From Thalia democratica (Eukaryota), in NCBI GenBank assembly GCA_965202585.1, contig OZ241831.1:54932001-54996000 (forward strand): a stretch of DNA of 64,000 nt. Reading direction: 5' to 3'. Within the stretch, counting starts at the first letter, position 1; every line of letters starts with the position of its first letter. A model generated the notes under the pieces. It was not told where the DNA came from. It was given only the letters and a program-made list of their open reading frames with translations, and did not search any database. Shown here piece by piece: positions 13,222-27,027 of this stretch. The position numbers were made by a program, and so were the translations under genes.

Positions 13222-14671
13222 TTTTATGCGAATTTTAGCTTGCTTGCTGACAAAACTGACAGTAAATTGTTTATACTTTTATCTTTTTAAATTATTTTTG
13301 TTATTTTGTAGAAAATATAATTATACTTAAATGGTACATATTCGCTACTCTAACCTGCAGGTGCTAAATGACTTTGCAAGCTTAAGTTTTTCTTGGCATT
13401 AACTGCTTTATGGCTGGTTCAGGTCCTCAGGACTCAATGATGCCGTCATTCAACCGTAATTATTAGGACTGCAAGTATTAAAAAGACAGCAGCAGATTGT
13501 TTTTATATAAAAATGTAATTAAAAGTATTGTTTAAACTTATAACAACAAAAAAATTGTTAGCCAACTTCAACTTTTTTTTTCATTTCATAGCCAAGAAAA
13601 AATTCTTAATAAATATACTTGAGAAGAAGTTAAAACTTTTATTTACTCCTTGCTTAAAACACTTCAAAGTGTGAGGTATTTAACTTTGTATCATTTAGTA
13701 AGAATCAAAATTGTGTGGACTTAATCAAATAAAGTCAGAGTTGTACTTATAACTAAATAATATGAATAACTTTACTTTAATTTATTCTTATTCTAAAACT
13801 TGTTAGTTTCTTATAACAAACTTATCAAAATACCTTATATTTCATAAAATGAAAAGTTGTGGGCTTCATATTGGTATATAAAGAAAAAATATATATAATA
13901 AAACAATAAAACAACATAAAAAATTATAAAGTAGGGTTGACATTTTAGTCATTTACACCCTTTACACTTGACATCATGTGAAAAATAGCAATGAAAAATT
14001 ATAATATAGAAGATTATTTACATTTGGACGGGGTCAAGTTTGCCTTGATCTTTTCCACAAAACCCGTTTAATGAATTACGATACCATGTGAAAAGCAAGT
14101 TTAAAATAGTTCTCCAACTTGTAATACGTATTTAAAAACAATTCATAAATAGTAATACAATAATTTTTAGAAATATTAGTTATCTTTAAATGTTATTAAT
14201 ATGTTTTTTTTTTAATTAAGAAGTTTTTTTTTATTTTTTATGAAAAGCTATAAAGTTCTTATTAAAGTGTTTATTTTCAGAGCTTGAAGCAGTATTAGTA
14301 ATAATTGTTTAAACTATAATAAAAGGAACTGATAAACTTTTTTTTAAAGATAGAAAAACTAAGTATTTTAAGAACATATTTAAAAAAAGCAATAAAAGTA
14401 TAACTTTTAACAAACAACATTATTAAATATGTTTTATGTATTATAGGATAGTTGTCAAATACTTAAACTACTTTCAACTCTGAATTTGAGTCAGATAATT
14501 TCGTTAAGAAAATATTTTTTTTTAACAAACTTTTATGAACAAATCAGTTTCCTTATTAACAACAAAAAATACTACTACATTAAATAAAATAGTATATTTT
14601 GAGAAAAACCTATAAAACTATTTATCTGAAAATTGAACTAATTACGTGTTTAATTTTCCTTAGCATTCATT

Positions 14672-15700
14672 AACCCAGGACAACAAGGTTTGCAGCAAGA
14701 TTTTTGTATATACAAAGCACAATTTTGAAGGACTGAGAACCTACTTGCAACCTTGAGATAAGTAATAGATAAAAAGCAATTTGAAACAAAATGAGCAAAA
14801 CATAAAGTAAAAAAATATTATCAAAAAAAGGGCTGAGAGCAGCAATATTCTTAAATCCCTTACAACTATAGAGAAATTTTTTTTTTTGTTTTCGCATTAT
14901 TTACTGTTATTCTCAAAAAACACCCTATATTAAAAAAAAAGTAACTAAACTGTATACAAACACACAATTTTTATAATGGACTGAGAACCATTTGTACTGG
15001 GACCTTGAAAGATTAGTACCAAGTTTGTTGATTTGATTAAAAAGATTGCTAGATTTTTATTTTTTACACAATTTTAAAGGATTGAGAACCTACTAGCAAC
15101 CTTGAAGATAAAGAAAAAAAACATAATACAATCTAAAACAAAATGCACAAAGTATTTAAATTATCAAACTATCAAAAATTTGGCTTAGTAATTATTCTGA
15201 AAAAAAAGTCCTAAAATTAGTAAAACATTAAATATAAAATTCAAAAACGATTTTTATAGTTTTTTTTTTGCAAGTTTTTATTTTTTTTTAAATCTTTTTT
15301 TTTATATGTTTAATAAGTGTTTCTTGTACTTATTAAAACAAAAATATATATATCTTAAAAAAATGGGTTGAGATCAGTACTATTCTCGAAAAAAACCCAC
15401 AACTAGTAAAAATTAATAAACAATTGTTTATGTACAGGACACAATTTTTATAATGAACTGAGAACCATTTGTACTGGGACCCTGAAAGTTGAGTACCCGG
15501 TTTGTTGATTAGATTAAAAAGGTTACTAGGTTTTTATCAAACAACACAATTTTAAAGGATTGAGAACCTACTAGCAACCTTGAAGATAAATTACATGAGA
15601 AAAAATCAAAAATAAACATCAAAAACTGATACAAGTACATAATAGCTTAAAAAGTTATTTACAATCAGTTTTAAAGGGACTGACGAAACCCTCTTACAAA
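14672..15700. repeat. Nested (higher-order) tandem repeat; ~478-bp outer period with two related ~45-bp cores
   Basis: The core acaatttt...ggactgagaacc / ggattgagaacc occurs at ~14718, 14962, 15066, 15439 and 15544, with a degenerate copy at ~15661. 14961-15110 and 15438-15590 are near-identical. Confidence 0.85.
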
Positions 15701-15829
15701 AATAAATAATAAATACATTCAGTTAGAAAACGAACACTCAAAAATATATTATTTACATTTGACGAATATACAACAATATATTAAAAAACAATTAAAAACC
15801 AATATGACGCCCACAAATGTACCATTGGC

Positions 15830-15910
15830 CTACCCCCTATTGCGCACAACCAACACTCAATTTAACAAGTTTTGTTAAAAATTTAATTGATTGCGCGAAA
15901 TGGGGGGTAG
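15830..15910. repeat. Imperfect inverted repeat / long stem-loop
   Basis: ctaccccctattgcgcacaa (15830-) pairs imperfectly with ttgcgcgaaatggggggtag (-15910). An inner stem tttaacaa/ttgttaaa lies within. Confidence 0.6.
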
Positions 15911-18900
15911 TTACCGGGATACGCCTTAAATGGGAGGCTGGTACTTGAAGTTTGAACTTGAAAATATTTTTGCGCAAAATAAATTGTTATTTGACCACAG
16001 AAGTATTTTGAGCCCAAACTTCGTATCCCGTGTAAAACATTAACCGAAAAATTATATGAGTAACAAACGAAAAAGTCACACTCACAGTGTAGAACTTATC
16101 TTTTAAGTTGGCAATTTTATCATGACCATATTTTAAAATCTCGTATTTTTGAAGGTGTAGACAATTTTTATTAGTTATAGTCTATTAAATTTCAAAGATA
16201 ACTCCTTATTTTAAGTCATCAACTTAACCCTTATGATTTCTTTAGATTTTAATATTTTGTAATTTTTTAAACAACAGTTTTTAGCCGCAAAAAATTTAAA
16301 AAACTTTTTTTTTTGTTAATAACAACAGACCACCTAGTGAATAATTTCAAATAATACTACAACTACTAACATGAAAAAAAAGGTAAAATTTTATTTAATT
16401 TTAAAGTTAACATAACAAACCATAATGAAATTAAACACTAACTTCAAACAATGTGGATGAAGCAGAGTTTGTTATCCAACTCTGTATCAAACTTTCAACC
16501 GCACTGAATCGGGTTGTGTCTTGTTGAGTTGATTGTGGGGAGAAGTATTGTCATAACTTGATCTTAAGAGTGCGGGTGTCCAATCTGAAAGAGTACGGTG
16601 AGCAAATCTGCATCTTCCGTTGACCCATACAAAATCTGCAACACAGTTTTGAACTAAGAAGTAGACTTAAACTTTACAATTACAAAACATGGTTTGAAAT
16701 GTATTAAATATAATGTAATATTTAGTGTATGGGAAGTATTCAAAGTACGGTTTTTCCTTACTAACTAAACAAAGCATTGCAACTTATATCAATTTGCTAA
16801 GTTAAGTGGTGTTAATTGAAACTTTAAAATAATGATTTTACAACTCTACCGTTTGATAAGCGAATTAAAAAGTTTATGATAATTGAAATTAAACAAAAGT
16901 ATCATTTTCTTGTTAACTAGTTTATATGACGTAACATTCAAACTTTAAAATATAAAAATAAAAATTCCGATTTTTCTCATGATAATAATACTTACATCGA
17001 TGGAAGTGTAAATTCTCTAGTTGAAGACTGGATAGGGAAGAAGTTCTTGGAAAGCTCTGTTAATTAAATGACATTAATAAAATAAAATCAAAGTCAAAAC
17101 TGTAGTAACAAGTTAAATTCCCAAAAACAATTTAAATCTTTAAAATTAGTTTTAATACAAGCAAATTATTTCAAATATGAAGCTTAAATGAAATTACTAT
17201 AGAGCTTTATTATTCTTAGTATTTATTAGCTACTCTTAGTTTTTTATTTCTCAGCAACCAAAATAAACTTCGAGTGTACGGTAGACGTTGGCATTTTTTA
17301 TTATATTTTTATTAAATCAGTCTTGACAACTGAATATATTTAGGCAAATATAATACAGCTGTTTATAATAAAATCCCAGTAACCCTGAATTTATTTTTAG
17401 TTTTTTATGAGGTGAGTATAAAAACTGTGTTGAATGTATATTATGGACTTTTACCTTGGTTTAAGTTTCATACATTGTCGATATTCCTAATAATAATATG
17501 ATTTTGTTACTCTTTACTTTCAATTGCACAGCAAACGCTAAAAGGTAAAAAAATGGGAAAATATTTAAACAATATTAAAATAACATGTTTAACATTCACA
17601 CAGACGCTTTAATAATGTTTAGTAGCTTAACTATAACCATTTTATACTATGTTTTTGAGCTAGCATTTAGCTAAAATAATGGTAAAGAAGAAAAATCTAA
17701 AACTCAAAACATTGCCAGCAGTAAATAAATATTTTTTTTTTTTTGATCATTAAAAAATAGGAGACAGAAAATATTTTTGAACATACTTGTTAAAATGTTA
17801 ATTATTAATACTATGACTTAAGATACTCTTTCAACAGTAAAACTAGCTGTATTTGTTTCACATACAGCTACTAATATATTATGGAATGGTGTTTGCTTAT
17901 TTATGAGTTTGAATGAGTTTGTTCTTTATCATGTTAAAAATAAAAATATGGTTAGTTCTTATAATTTCCTACCAAATAATTTCAACAGTATTGCTCTAAT
18001 TTGCAACAAAAATTCAGTTTGGAGAAAGTAAACTTGTATTATTTTTGTAAACTTTTTTATGTTAAATTATGCAGTGAAATCAAAAAGATTAAAATTATTA
18101 CTTTTATGCTTAAACACTTTAAAAACTCTAATAATTATATTAAAAGTAAAATCTTAGGGGAACATACACCTAATATCATAAAAACTAGCCCAAGTTTAGA
18201 ATAAAATAAAATTAACAAGCTTTTTGCAAGCTAACTGTAAAAAACAAGCCTTTGCTGGTTAACCCAAGACAGCCAGTAAATTTTTACAGTTTTAAATTAT
18301 AATTATTTAAACGGAACTTTCTTTAAAAAAGGGGAAAAACATTGATAATAAATAACTAGCAATGAGAATACACATATGTTTTAAGACAACTGAAAAAAAT
18401 TATTTTATGATGTATACTAATAGCTTAATTGAATTAACTTACTTTAATTAATTCAGAGAAGTTGTTGTAAAAATCCAATTCTGTCTTCACAGGCAGAAAG
18501 TGTCTAAAATAAAAAATGGAAATTAATAAACAATTAATAAATAATTAAAATAATTAATAAATGATTAGTAAATAATTGAAATAAGTTACAGAAACACTAT
18601 ACTAATTAAGGTTTGTAAATGTGTATACTTAAAATTATGCATAAATATGTAATAATTTTTTAATTTTCTTTAAATAGTAGTAGATTTTGTAAAAACTTGT
18701 AGTTATTAACTTTACTGATATTTGACTAAAAATGAAATTATGTAGTAGTGTTTAAAATTTATAAGAAAGAAAAGTTTACGAAATATTTTAATGTATTAAC
18801 CAAATGTATTTTAAATTGTAAAATGCTTAAAATTATTTTTAAATATTAACTTATTTTAAGTTATAAAACATGTCTTGTAATTAAAGCAGAAAAAACTCAC

Positions 18901-21289
18901 CTTTAGTAAGAAAGTACTATTGAGCTCTCACCTTTCCAAAAGAACGCAGGTAGTAAGTTTGGTCTTTACATCATAAAACTAAATTGGCTTTTTAATTCTT
19001 AGGGTTATTCTTTTGCTTTGGTTAAAGAGTCATGAGATGATCAGGGTCAGTATTAAGTTTTATTATATAAAACATTCTAGTATTCTTATAAAAAAAACTT
19101 CATTAATAAAGTTTAGTATAACAATATTTTTTTGTCGGTTTTAAGAATTTTTCAAGAATTATGCTTTGAAAACTAGTTAAGTAATTAAGTTTAATTAAAC
19201 TTAATTAGTTTTATTTAATTTCAATTTACTTTATTAATTAGTCTAAATCAATTTACTCAAATTTTGATTCTGCTAAACCATTATTTTTGTAGCAATTTCA
19301 GCTAATAATAAGTAAGTTAAAAATTCAATACTTATTAAAATTATTAAACTATAAAATCATTATTGACGATCTTAAAAAGATTAAGACATTTTTTTTATGA
19401 AAAAATACTTAAACAAAACTATTTCTATATAATTACCCAAAATTTTTTGCTATTTGACTGTAAAAGATTTTTTCGAGTTAAAGTTTCTTAAAAATAAGTG
19501 AAATTTGCTACAAATTGAACTTTATTAAGTCTAGCTGTTGCAAATTTTCTGTGTTTGTTTACATACTTAGATTGTCATGTCGTTTTTGTTGACGAAAACT
19601 TAGAAAAAATCAACATAATTAAAAATATTTTTTTCAAGGAGCATAACAAATAAAAACAACAATATACTTTGCTATCAAAATTAATACTTTGATAAGATAT
19701 TTTAATTTTAGAAGATTCAAATTTTTCTTATGTTAAGCTACTTTTCAATAAAATCTTAACTTTCACAGTTACAAAATTTAAAAAAGTACTGTTTAACACT
19801 AAGCTTAATGTAATAAGTAGAATCATATCTGTTTTTTAGATTACAATTTTCAGTCAAAAGCGATATTTTTAGTAGAAAAAATAGTTGAATGCTTTTACTA
19901 TTAGAGTATACTATTTACGCAGTTAAAAGCTTTTATTTTGTCATGTATACATATTTAAAACTGTTTACATTTTCATATTCAGTAGATATACTGTTTTGCT
20001 TCAACTTTATAGCTATATGTTTAATAATTTGGGTATGAAATAAATCATGCCTCCTAAAGTCTAGCTATTCTAAAATTATATTTTTAAATAGAATTTATCA
20101 ACACATTTGTCAACGATACTTGCAGACTGATTGATTCCAAAAATCTTTTTCTTAGTTGCTCCTTAGTCGGAGAAATTAAATATCTTTTTATACTTGTAAT
20201 TTTATACCTGTTTATTTTAAAACATATACCTGTAAATTAAACTTGACACCTTTTGTATGTTTATTGCACAGTCCATAATATTTATTATAGATACTTTTTA
20301 CTACTAATTACCGCCAACTAACAAAATAGTTCCAACTAAGACACTATAATCGAACAAATAGGAGCGATGTTGCCCAATTAAGGAAGTTTTGGTCCAGGCC
20401 TAATAACTAATAATGTTTACAAAAGTTAGAATCTAAAAACTAAAAACTATGGTAATTTAGGCAATTACAATAATGGGTTGTAAACTACTAAGGTATCACA
20501 TATTTTTTAATAAATATTTTTATAAAAAATGTTGAAAAAATTATAATTCAATAAAGCGATTCCTGGTTTCAAACAACGGTTAATTAAATAGATAAAAGTA
20601 TACTTTTAAAGTTAATTTATAATAAACCTTTTTTTGATACTATGGAGATTATAACTTGTTTTAAACTTCTATGATGAATAAAAATATATAGTTTTTGTTC
20701 ATAATATAAAATAACATTTCAAAGATATCTGACTTTTGTTGTACTTCCTTTTAAATGCAGTACTTATATCTTCTATTGTTTGTGTTAAACTGATAAAAAA
20801 CATTTGAACCACGCCACAATACTTTTAGTCATATTCTCTAATAGACTTGCTTGATGTGCGAGAAAAATATATTACGTGTTTTTGAAAAACTTGTAGTAAA
20901 TAGTTCTTAAAATGCAAAAATGAAAATCATTTATTCATAAATATCATTGTGTTATAAAATACCTATTATAAACTTCTTTCATTTTTATTGAGTATATAAA
21001 TAATATTTTATGTATCAAATAGTTTTAAAGCTTTAAATACGTCCATTTACTAACCTGAAGTCAATACAGTAGTAATACAGTACTTACACACTTCCTGAAA
21101 ACTAGAAATGAGTAGTTACAAACCTTCTTAGAGCTAAAAACATGGCATAAATTAACTTTTAGTGAGAAATAAAGCTTTAAGCATTTCAATTTTAAGCTTG
21201 ATAGTTCAAACGCCTTAAAGCTTATTTGAAAAAATTTACTAAAACAAATACTTGTAAAAATAAACCTTTTAGTCCTAAGTAGTGACAAG

Positions 21290-22342
21290 CAGGGGCGTAG
21301 CGTGGGGAGGGACACTGGCGCACGCGTGCCACCCAAAAAAAAAAGAAGTAAAAAAAGAATGTAATATCTTTATCCTTTATTGTTTATTTTTTTGCACTTG
21401 CCTTTTTTCAACTATGTTTATCTAGTATTGAAAAAGTTAAGTGAAATTTTAAATACCAATTAGTGACAAGTTAGGAAAATTTCCCAATATACTGATTCGG
21501 TGCGCAAATGAAAGTGCGCACCGATGTTGATTAAAAACTCTATAAGGAAAAGTTTTACAACTTCATAAGAGTTTAGACTCAAACAGTACGCAACTAATTA
21601 GTGCACCGCTGTAGTATAACCTTATGGCAGATTTTTCTACAAAAAAATTACAAAAATACGTCACGCTTAAAGGAAAATTAAGCAATTTTACAATTTTTTT
21701 ATGGTATAATAAATGTTAAGACTACTGCTAGTTTTCTAAACTTTATTTTTGTAAACATACAAGAAAAAGCGTGTCGGCCTATGAAAATAAACTTTGTTTG
21801 TGATTTTTATTTTAAACAAATACAATCAGATGAATTAAATTTGAAAAGTATACTTTTAACTATTTTACAAAGTTGTAATAAATTTTAATAACAGTTATAA
21901 AGTTGGTCTATTTTAACTCCTGTGTAACTTTATCTAAATTATGTGCAATGAGGTGTTGTTATCACTGTTGTATTGTAAATAAAAGAAAATGATATTTTTT
22001 TCATAAATAAAACAGATATTTTCGTTTTATTGAATATATTCATTTTTAAACATATAAAGTATACTGTAAGTAGTAAAAACAACTTTTATTTAGTAAGTTT
22101 ACATTTGTGCAAGTATAAGTAATTCTAATGAAATTTTTACTATTTTTAAATTGTTTAATTTGTAATATATAAGTATTTTTTAAAACAGTTACTTCAAACT
22201 TATTTTACTTAATGAATTTATTTGAATTATATTACTTATAAAAAGATCTTTTTGTAGCTAATTACAAAAGTATTATTTTAGGGGATTTTTTGAGAAAAAA
22301 AATATGCGCATCCCCTGACCAAAATACCACGCTACGCCGCTT
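21290..22342. mobile_element. hAT-family MITE (~1.05 kb) with an intact 8-bp target-site duplication
   Basis: Left TIR caggggcgtagcgtgg at 21290 and right TIR ccacgctacgccgctt ending at 22342. The identical flanking octamer GTGACAAG sits at 21282-21289 and 22343-22350. An 8-bp TSD is diagnostic for hAT. Confidence 0.92.
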
Positions 22343-23760
22343 GTGACAAGTAATTTGAAAAATTGTCTACAAAGCAGAGCCATTACAAAATAAAAACATT
22401 GTTGAATCTAGCACTTCCAATGCTTGAACTGAATAATATACTTATTAATACCTTGTTGCTTGACAAGTCCAAAAAACCCGTGTACTGAAAACAGCTGGAG
22501 TTAAAAAAACTAAAACGACAGCAACTATGTTTTAGATAAAACTTTCATTGTACTGCCATTATTCAAACTGCTTATTGAACGACGAAATGAGCGCTAAAAA
22601 TAGTTGGTCCTTAGACCTAGTGAACGAAAAAACCTTTCGATTATCCAGTTGTACACCACTTAGATACAGTTTCACTTCATGTCTGAGAAATGATACTAAT
22701 GCTAATAACATTTCAAATAGTTTTACATCTATAACATACTACTGACTTAAAAATGTTATTGTAGCAGTACAATAACAATTACCAACATAAATATTATTTT
22801 TAAGTAACAAAAAGTTTGTCTATTCCAAATATGACTTACTCTTAAAAATAATTTTTCAAATACTTTTATAACAACAAGTAATTTTCTAGTAAGTTATACT
22901 TAATAATAGCATTTTCAAAAAATTTAAATATTTTCAATTTAACTCTCTGAAAGTTAAAATATTAAGTATATGTTTTTACAACTGTTTTTTTTTTTAATGT
23001 AAGTTTAAATCCTCAAGTAATAACTTTAGGCTTTAAATATTATGCTGTAGTAATTGTAATAGTAAAAGTTATTTTATGACTTATGAATTTTTGTTAAAAA
23101 ACTTTTTATATTAGCTTCATACAAACTGATTGTGACATCACTAAAAAGACGCAATTAACTCATGCAGTATATTTTTAAAACTATTGTAGTAGATAGCTTT
23201 AAATTGTATTCTAAGTTAAGTTAATATTTAAAAACAGTATTACTACTTTAATAAGAATTGATAATTTGCATACTGTTTAAAATTAATAAAAAAAAAAACC
23301 ACTAAGAGTATTTGTGTTTGATGTTCACACAACAACTACTAAGAACAAACAAAACAATTTGGATTTTTAGTTAACTAGAATACTAGTAAGTTTTAGGCAG
23401 AGATTTCTTTTCTAATCAATCACAGATACTACAGTATAAACGATAATCAGTTGCAAAAAAAAAAATTAAAGCGTCTCTCTACTTATATTGTTTTTTTTTC
23501 TTTGTTTTAATTACAAGATCTAATGTTATCAGCGCTCTTTTTTAAGGTTTTAGGAGTTATCGTTCTGATCTTTCCAAGGTGTACCTCATTTTATTTAATA
23601 CTTCATTTATATACTACTTTTACAAAAATACATTTATAAAAACTCAACTAAATTGTTAACACAAAAACCCTATATATAACTAAATGAGGTAGTTGAAAAA
23701 CATAATGTTTGTAATTTATAAATAGTATTTTGTCTTTTAAATATAAATAAATCGATAACG

Positions 23761-23815
23761 ACTCGATAACCAAAAGGTTCTTGTGCCCTAAGTCCTAGAA
23801 CCAAATATTTTGAGC
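23761..23815 (+). repeat. Dispersed ~55-bp repeat, copy 1 (copy 2 at 56825-56882)
   Basis: actcgataaccaaaaggttcttgtgccctaagtcctagaaccaaatattttgagc versus actcgataaccgaaaggttttttggtgcacttaagtcctaggaccgaattttttgagc. Confidence 0.75.
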
Positions 23816-25248
23816 GATTTTTTATTTTTCAATATACTAAAGTAAATACTATAAAGTTTAGTGTATTATATGCAAAAACTTTTAAGTAAGGTAAATATAA
23901 TAAAATTAGTTTTTATTTTCTTTTGAAATTTTAGAAATTTTAAACGTTAACAGAATTTTGATTTTGGTTTAAGCTAAGCTTATGTAGGTGTTATACTTGC
24001 TTAAGTAAACTTAAAAAGTTTTGTTTGTAAAAACTCTAAGTGATTGATTCAATTGATACTTTAGGAAAATCAAAGTAAAATTTTGTAATACTAACTAATA
24101 TAAATAATATTATTACTTTTGATTTTATTAAGCATATAAAATGTTTTAAATAAACGGATGTAAGTTTCTTTCGCTTTGAACAAATATAAGTTGAGTAGTC
24201 TAGGTAAAACACACAGAAAATAAAGACTTAAAAAAGGTAATTAATAGGTGGTTATTAAAATCCTATTTTTATGTTAACTAAATGTTAACTTTGAAAAATG
24301 TGCTCATAAAACAATGCCTTAAGACTTTATTATTAATTGTTTTTGTTTTGTTTAACAACTAATATTTAGACCAATTTTTTGAAGGACTTGCAAAATTTAT
24401 TACTATACTCATTAATTTTCAGTTTTAGAAGGACGCATAAGGTTTTCACATTAAGTTTTGTTTGTCATTTAAACTGTATTATATAAGTCATATATTCTTT
24501 ATCTATTTAAGTTTTTATTATTGGTTTACGTTGAATTTTAACAAAAGCTCAAAAATCAAGTACGTAATTTTGTATTTTGTTTTAGAAAATATTAAAGTAT
24601 GTGTACAACTACAAATACATACTTAATTTAAGTATAATAGTAATAATAATAATACTTTACGTATTACAAGCTCAGTTTACTAAGTTTGATACAACGAAGA
24701 TTATTTTAGTATCAACTACAAAAATATAACACACTGAACCTAGAAAACTAAAGATAGACTTCAAACACAAAGTAAATAAATAAAAATAGTCATTTACTGG
24801 TGTAATAAAATTTTCAGACAAAATTCCATAACTGATTAAGTGGATAAGTTGATATGTCTGATAAATTTTTTTACAATTTGTCTATAAGTATCAATAATTT
24901 TGTATAATTACATGTATTGTACTGTTAATTTAATTTAAATGTTGAATATTGTTTTTGTAATACTGACGTTGTTTTAGACAAGTATTATTTAGATTATTTT
25001 TACTTATTCAAAAGAAAGAATTACTTAAACAAAAATACTAAACATAATTGAAAATTGTATTTTTGTGACTTAACTAGTATGGAAAACATTTAAAACACTG
25101 AAATAAAGCGAACAGATTTTAGCAGATTAAGTTACTTTGTTTTTAAAACTTGTTTGTAGAGTTGTAGCCTTGTCCGTACTTCACTATAATAGCGTTCTGA
25201 AATTTGGTTATGATATCAATACAAATTTTTTTGTAAAAAATTAATAAG

Positions 25249-25461
25249 GGGAGAGCAATGCACAGCCAGTGGTGAAAAATGAACGGTTCGAAAGTAAGTA
25301 AATCTAAGCAAGCTGAATCAATTTTTGAAACTTACACTAGATATCGAGGAATTTATAATAAAGATAAAGAAAGGGACTTCGTTTACAAAAACTTGAAACT
25401 TTTACTGATTATGAATAATACTGCAAAATCATATAGATATAGAGTTTGTCAAAATTATTAG
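25249..25461 (+). pseudogene. Possible hATm-type transposase C-terminal remnant
   Basis: GRAMHSQ...KVSKSKQAESIFETYTR...KERDFV loosely resembles the hATm HSQxVERxVKxVTEAS...RDxFI motif. It needs a frameshift and is a weak match. Confidence 0.2.
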
Positions 25462-26920
25462 AAAATTTTGGGGTTTTTTTGTCAATTAAACAAAATAAAT
25501 ACTTTTGAAGTCTTAACCCACTTTTTTCACATCTGGCCAAGTGACTAAAATATTTTCTAGTCCTAACCTATAAGCTAACAAAACTTTTACTTCTATGTTA
25601 TAAGCTTTGCTATAATATCTCTTTTATCTGCAATTTTTTAAATAACTACAAAATATACAATAATTAAAACACATATTAACAATTTTAGTCAGTTACCAAT
25701 AAAAATTTTACACTGAAAAAAATCAGGTATAGACTAACTTGATTTTATCTTACAAAGTTCAATATTTTCAACTTTAATTATAATGATTAATGTAAACCCT
25801 CTTCGCCACTAAGCCAATAATATTGAAAGTTTTTTATTTGTAATAATAATTTTATTAAATAAGTCGTATAATTTCAGTAGAGTTTTAAAATGATGAATTT
25901 GGTAATAATCTTACAAAAACATATTGAAAGGGTAAATATTGAAATTATTCAATCTTTACAATAGTTTTTTATTAGATTAAGCCATTTCGTAGTACTAAAC
26001 AACTGAGATAATTAAAACCTCTTTAAAACTAAGTTTCAAAATTAAATTTTTCTACTTTAAATAATACTTATAAAAACACTTAAATGTTTATTGTAAAAGC
26101 TTTAAAAAATTAAATAAAAAAAGACAACAGTATAGCTTGATAATAAAAATTTATTCATGAAAACCAATTACATAACTTTGATTAACTAAAATGATATTTT
26201 TCTAGAAGCATTGTTAAGATATAGTTTTTGATTACTTTAACTTTTAAGACATTTGTAGAACGTTTTACTAGGATAATAAGATAAAGTGTAAGAATGAAAA
26301 GAAAATGTAATAAAATTTAACGCTTAAAATAATTTAAATGAGTTTCTTTTATATAACAGGAATACGTGTTTAAATGATAAAAACCATTTGTATTAAGTTA
26401 TATTTAAATTGTCGTATTTTTTTATTTAATATTATTTTTTTACAGTTTAAATAAAACACTTTTGACTCTTAATTATAGAAATAAATGAAAAGAAAGCAAA
26501 AATGAAGACTTAAAACTTAATTCAACTATCAGCTCTTCAAAGTCATGGTATTCAAAGTTATGGCTTTAGAAAATGAAAGAAAAATATTAAAAAAATGATA
26601 AACCAGAAGTTAAATATGTTTAAAATTATATTTTAGCCTAACAGAAAAGTTTGATTAAAAGTTTTAAACTTCTTTATTAGTTCATAAAACAGAGTTTAAA
26701 CACCTTAAAAAATAATAACCAATGTTATAATCTATTTTGTTACAATTTTTGTAAAAATTTAAATTTTAAAAATTTTTTGAATGCCCTTTACAATTAGTTT
26801 GTATCATCAGTACATTTGTAAACCAAAAAATAGCAAAAATGCAGCAAAAAGCAAAATTATTCTTTAATAAAATAAAAACTAGATCAAAGCAAAAACATGT
26901 TAGTCATGGTTTCAACAGTT

Positions 26921-26926
26921 TTTATT
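26921..26926 (-). terminator. Candidate AATAAA polyadenylation signal of the EGF-receptor gene
   Basis: First AATAAA I found on the minus strand, ~100 nt downstream of the stop at 27028. The hexamer is common in AT-rich DNA. Confidence 0.3.
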
Positions 26927-27027
26927 TTAGCAAAAATATTAAGCAAAGCGTTAAAGTATTAATTTAAAAAAGGCTTTAAATAATTTCTTGAAAGAAATAG
27001 AAATACCACACAAAGAAGTTCAGCCTT

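Larger units (their letters stand above)
12961..20399 (-). ncRNA. Candidate multi-exon spliced transcript without a continuous ORF (lncRNA or old pseudogene)
   Basis: GC-richer blocks bounded by AG/GT on the minus strand: 20312-20399, 18901-18978, 18443-18503, 17455-17486, 16996-17056, 16443-16653, 13355-13468, and a terminal acceptor at 13211. Donors are gtaatt, gtgagt, gtaagt, gtaaaa, gtaagt, gttagt and gttaga. All three spliced frames contain stops. Confidence 0.45.

Noticed and set aside
14672-15700. CRISPR array
   Set aside because: Eukaryotic context, irregular spacing, repeated rather than unique spacers, and no cas genes.
16083-16125. RAG recombination signal (CACAGTG heptamer)
   Set aside because: No ACAAAAACC-like nonamer at 12 or 23 bp spacing.
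25285-25295. GGTTCGAA as a tRNA T-loop
   Set aside because: No cloverleaf, A-box or acceptor stem around it. No tRNA or rRNA gene was found elsewhere in the window.
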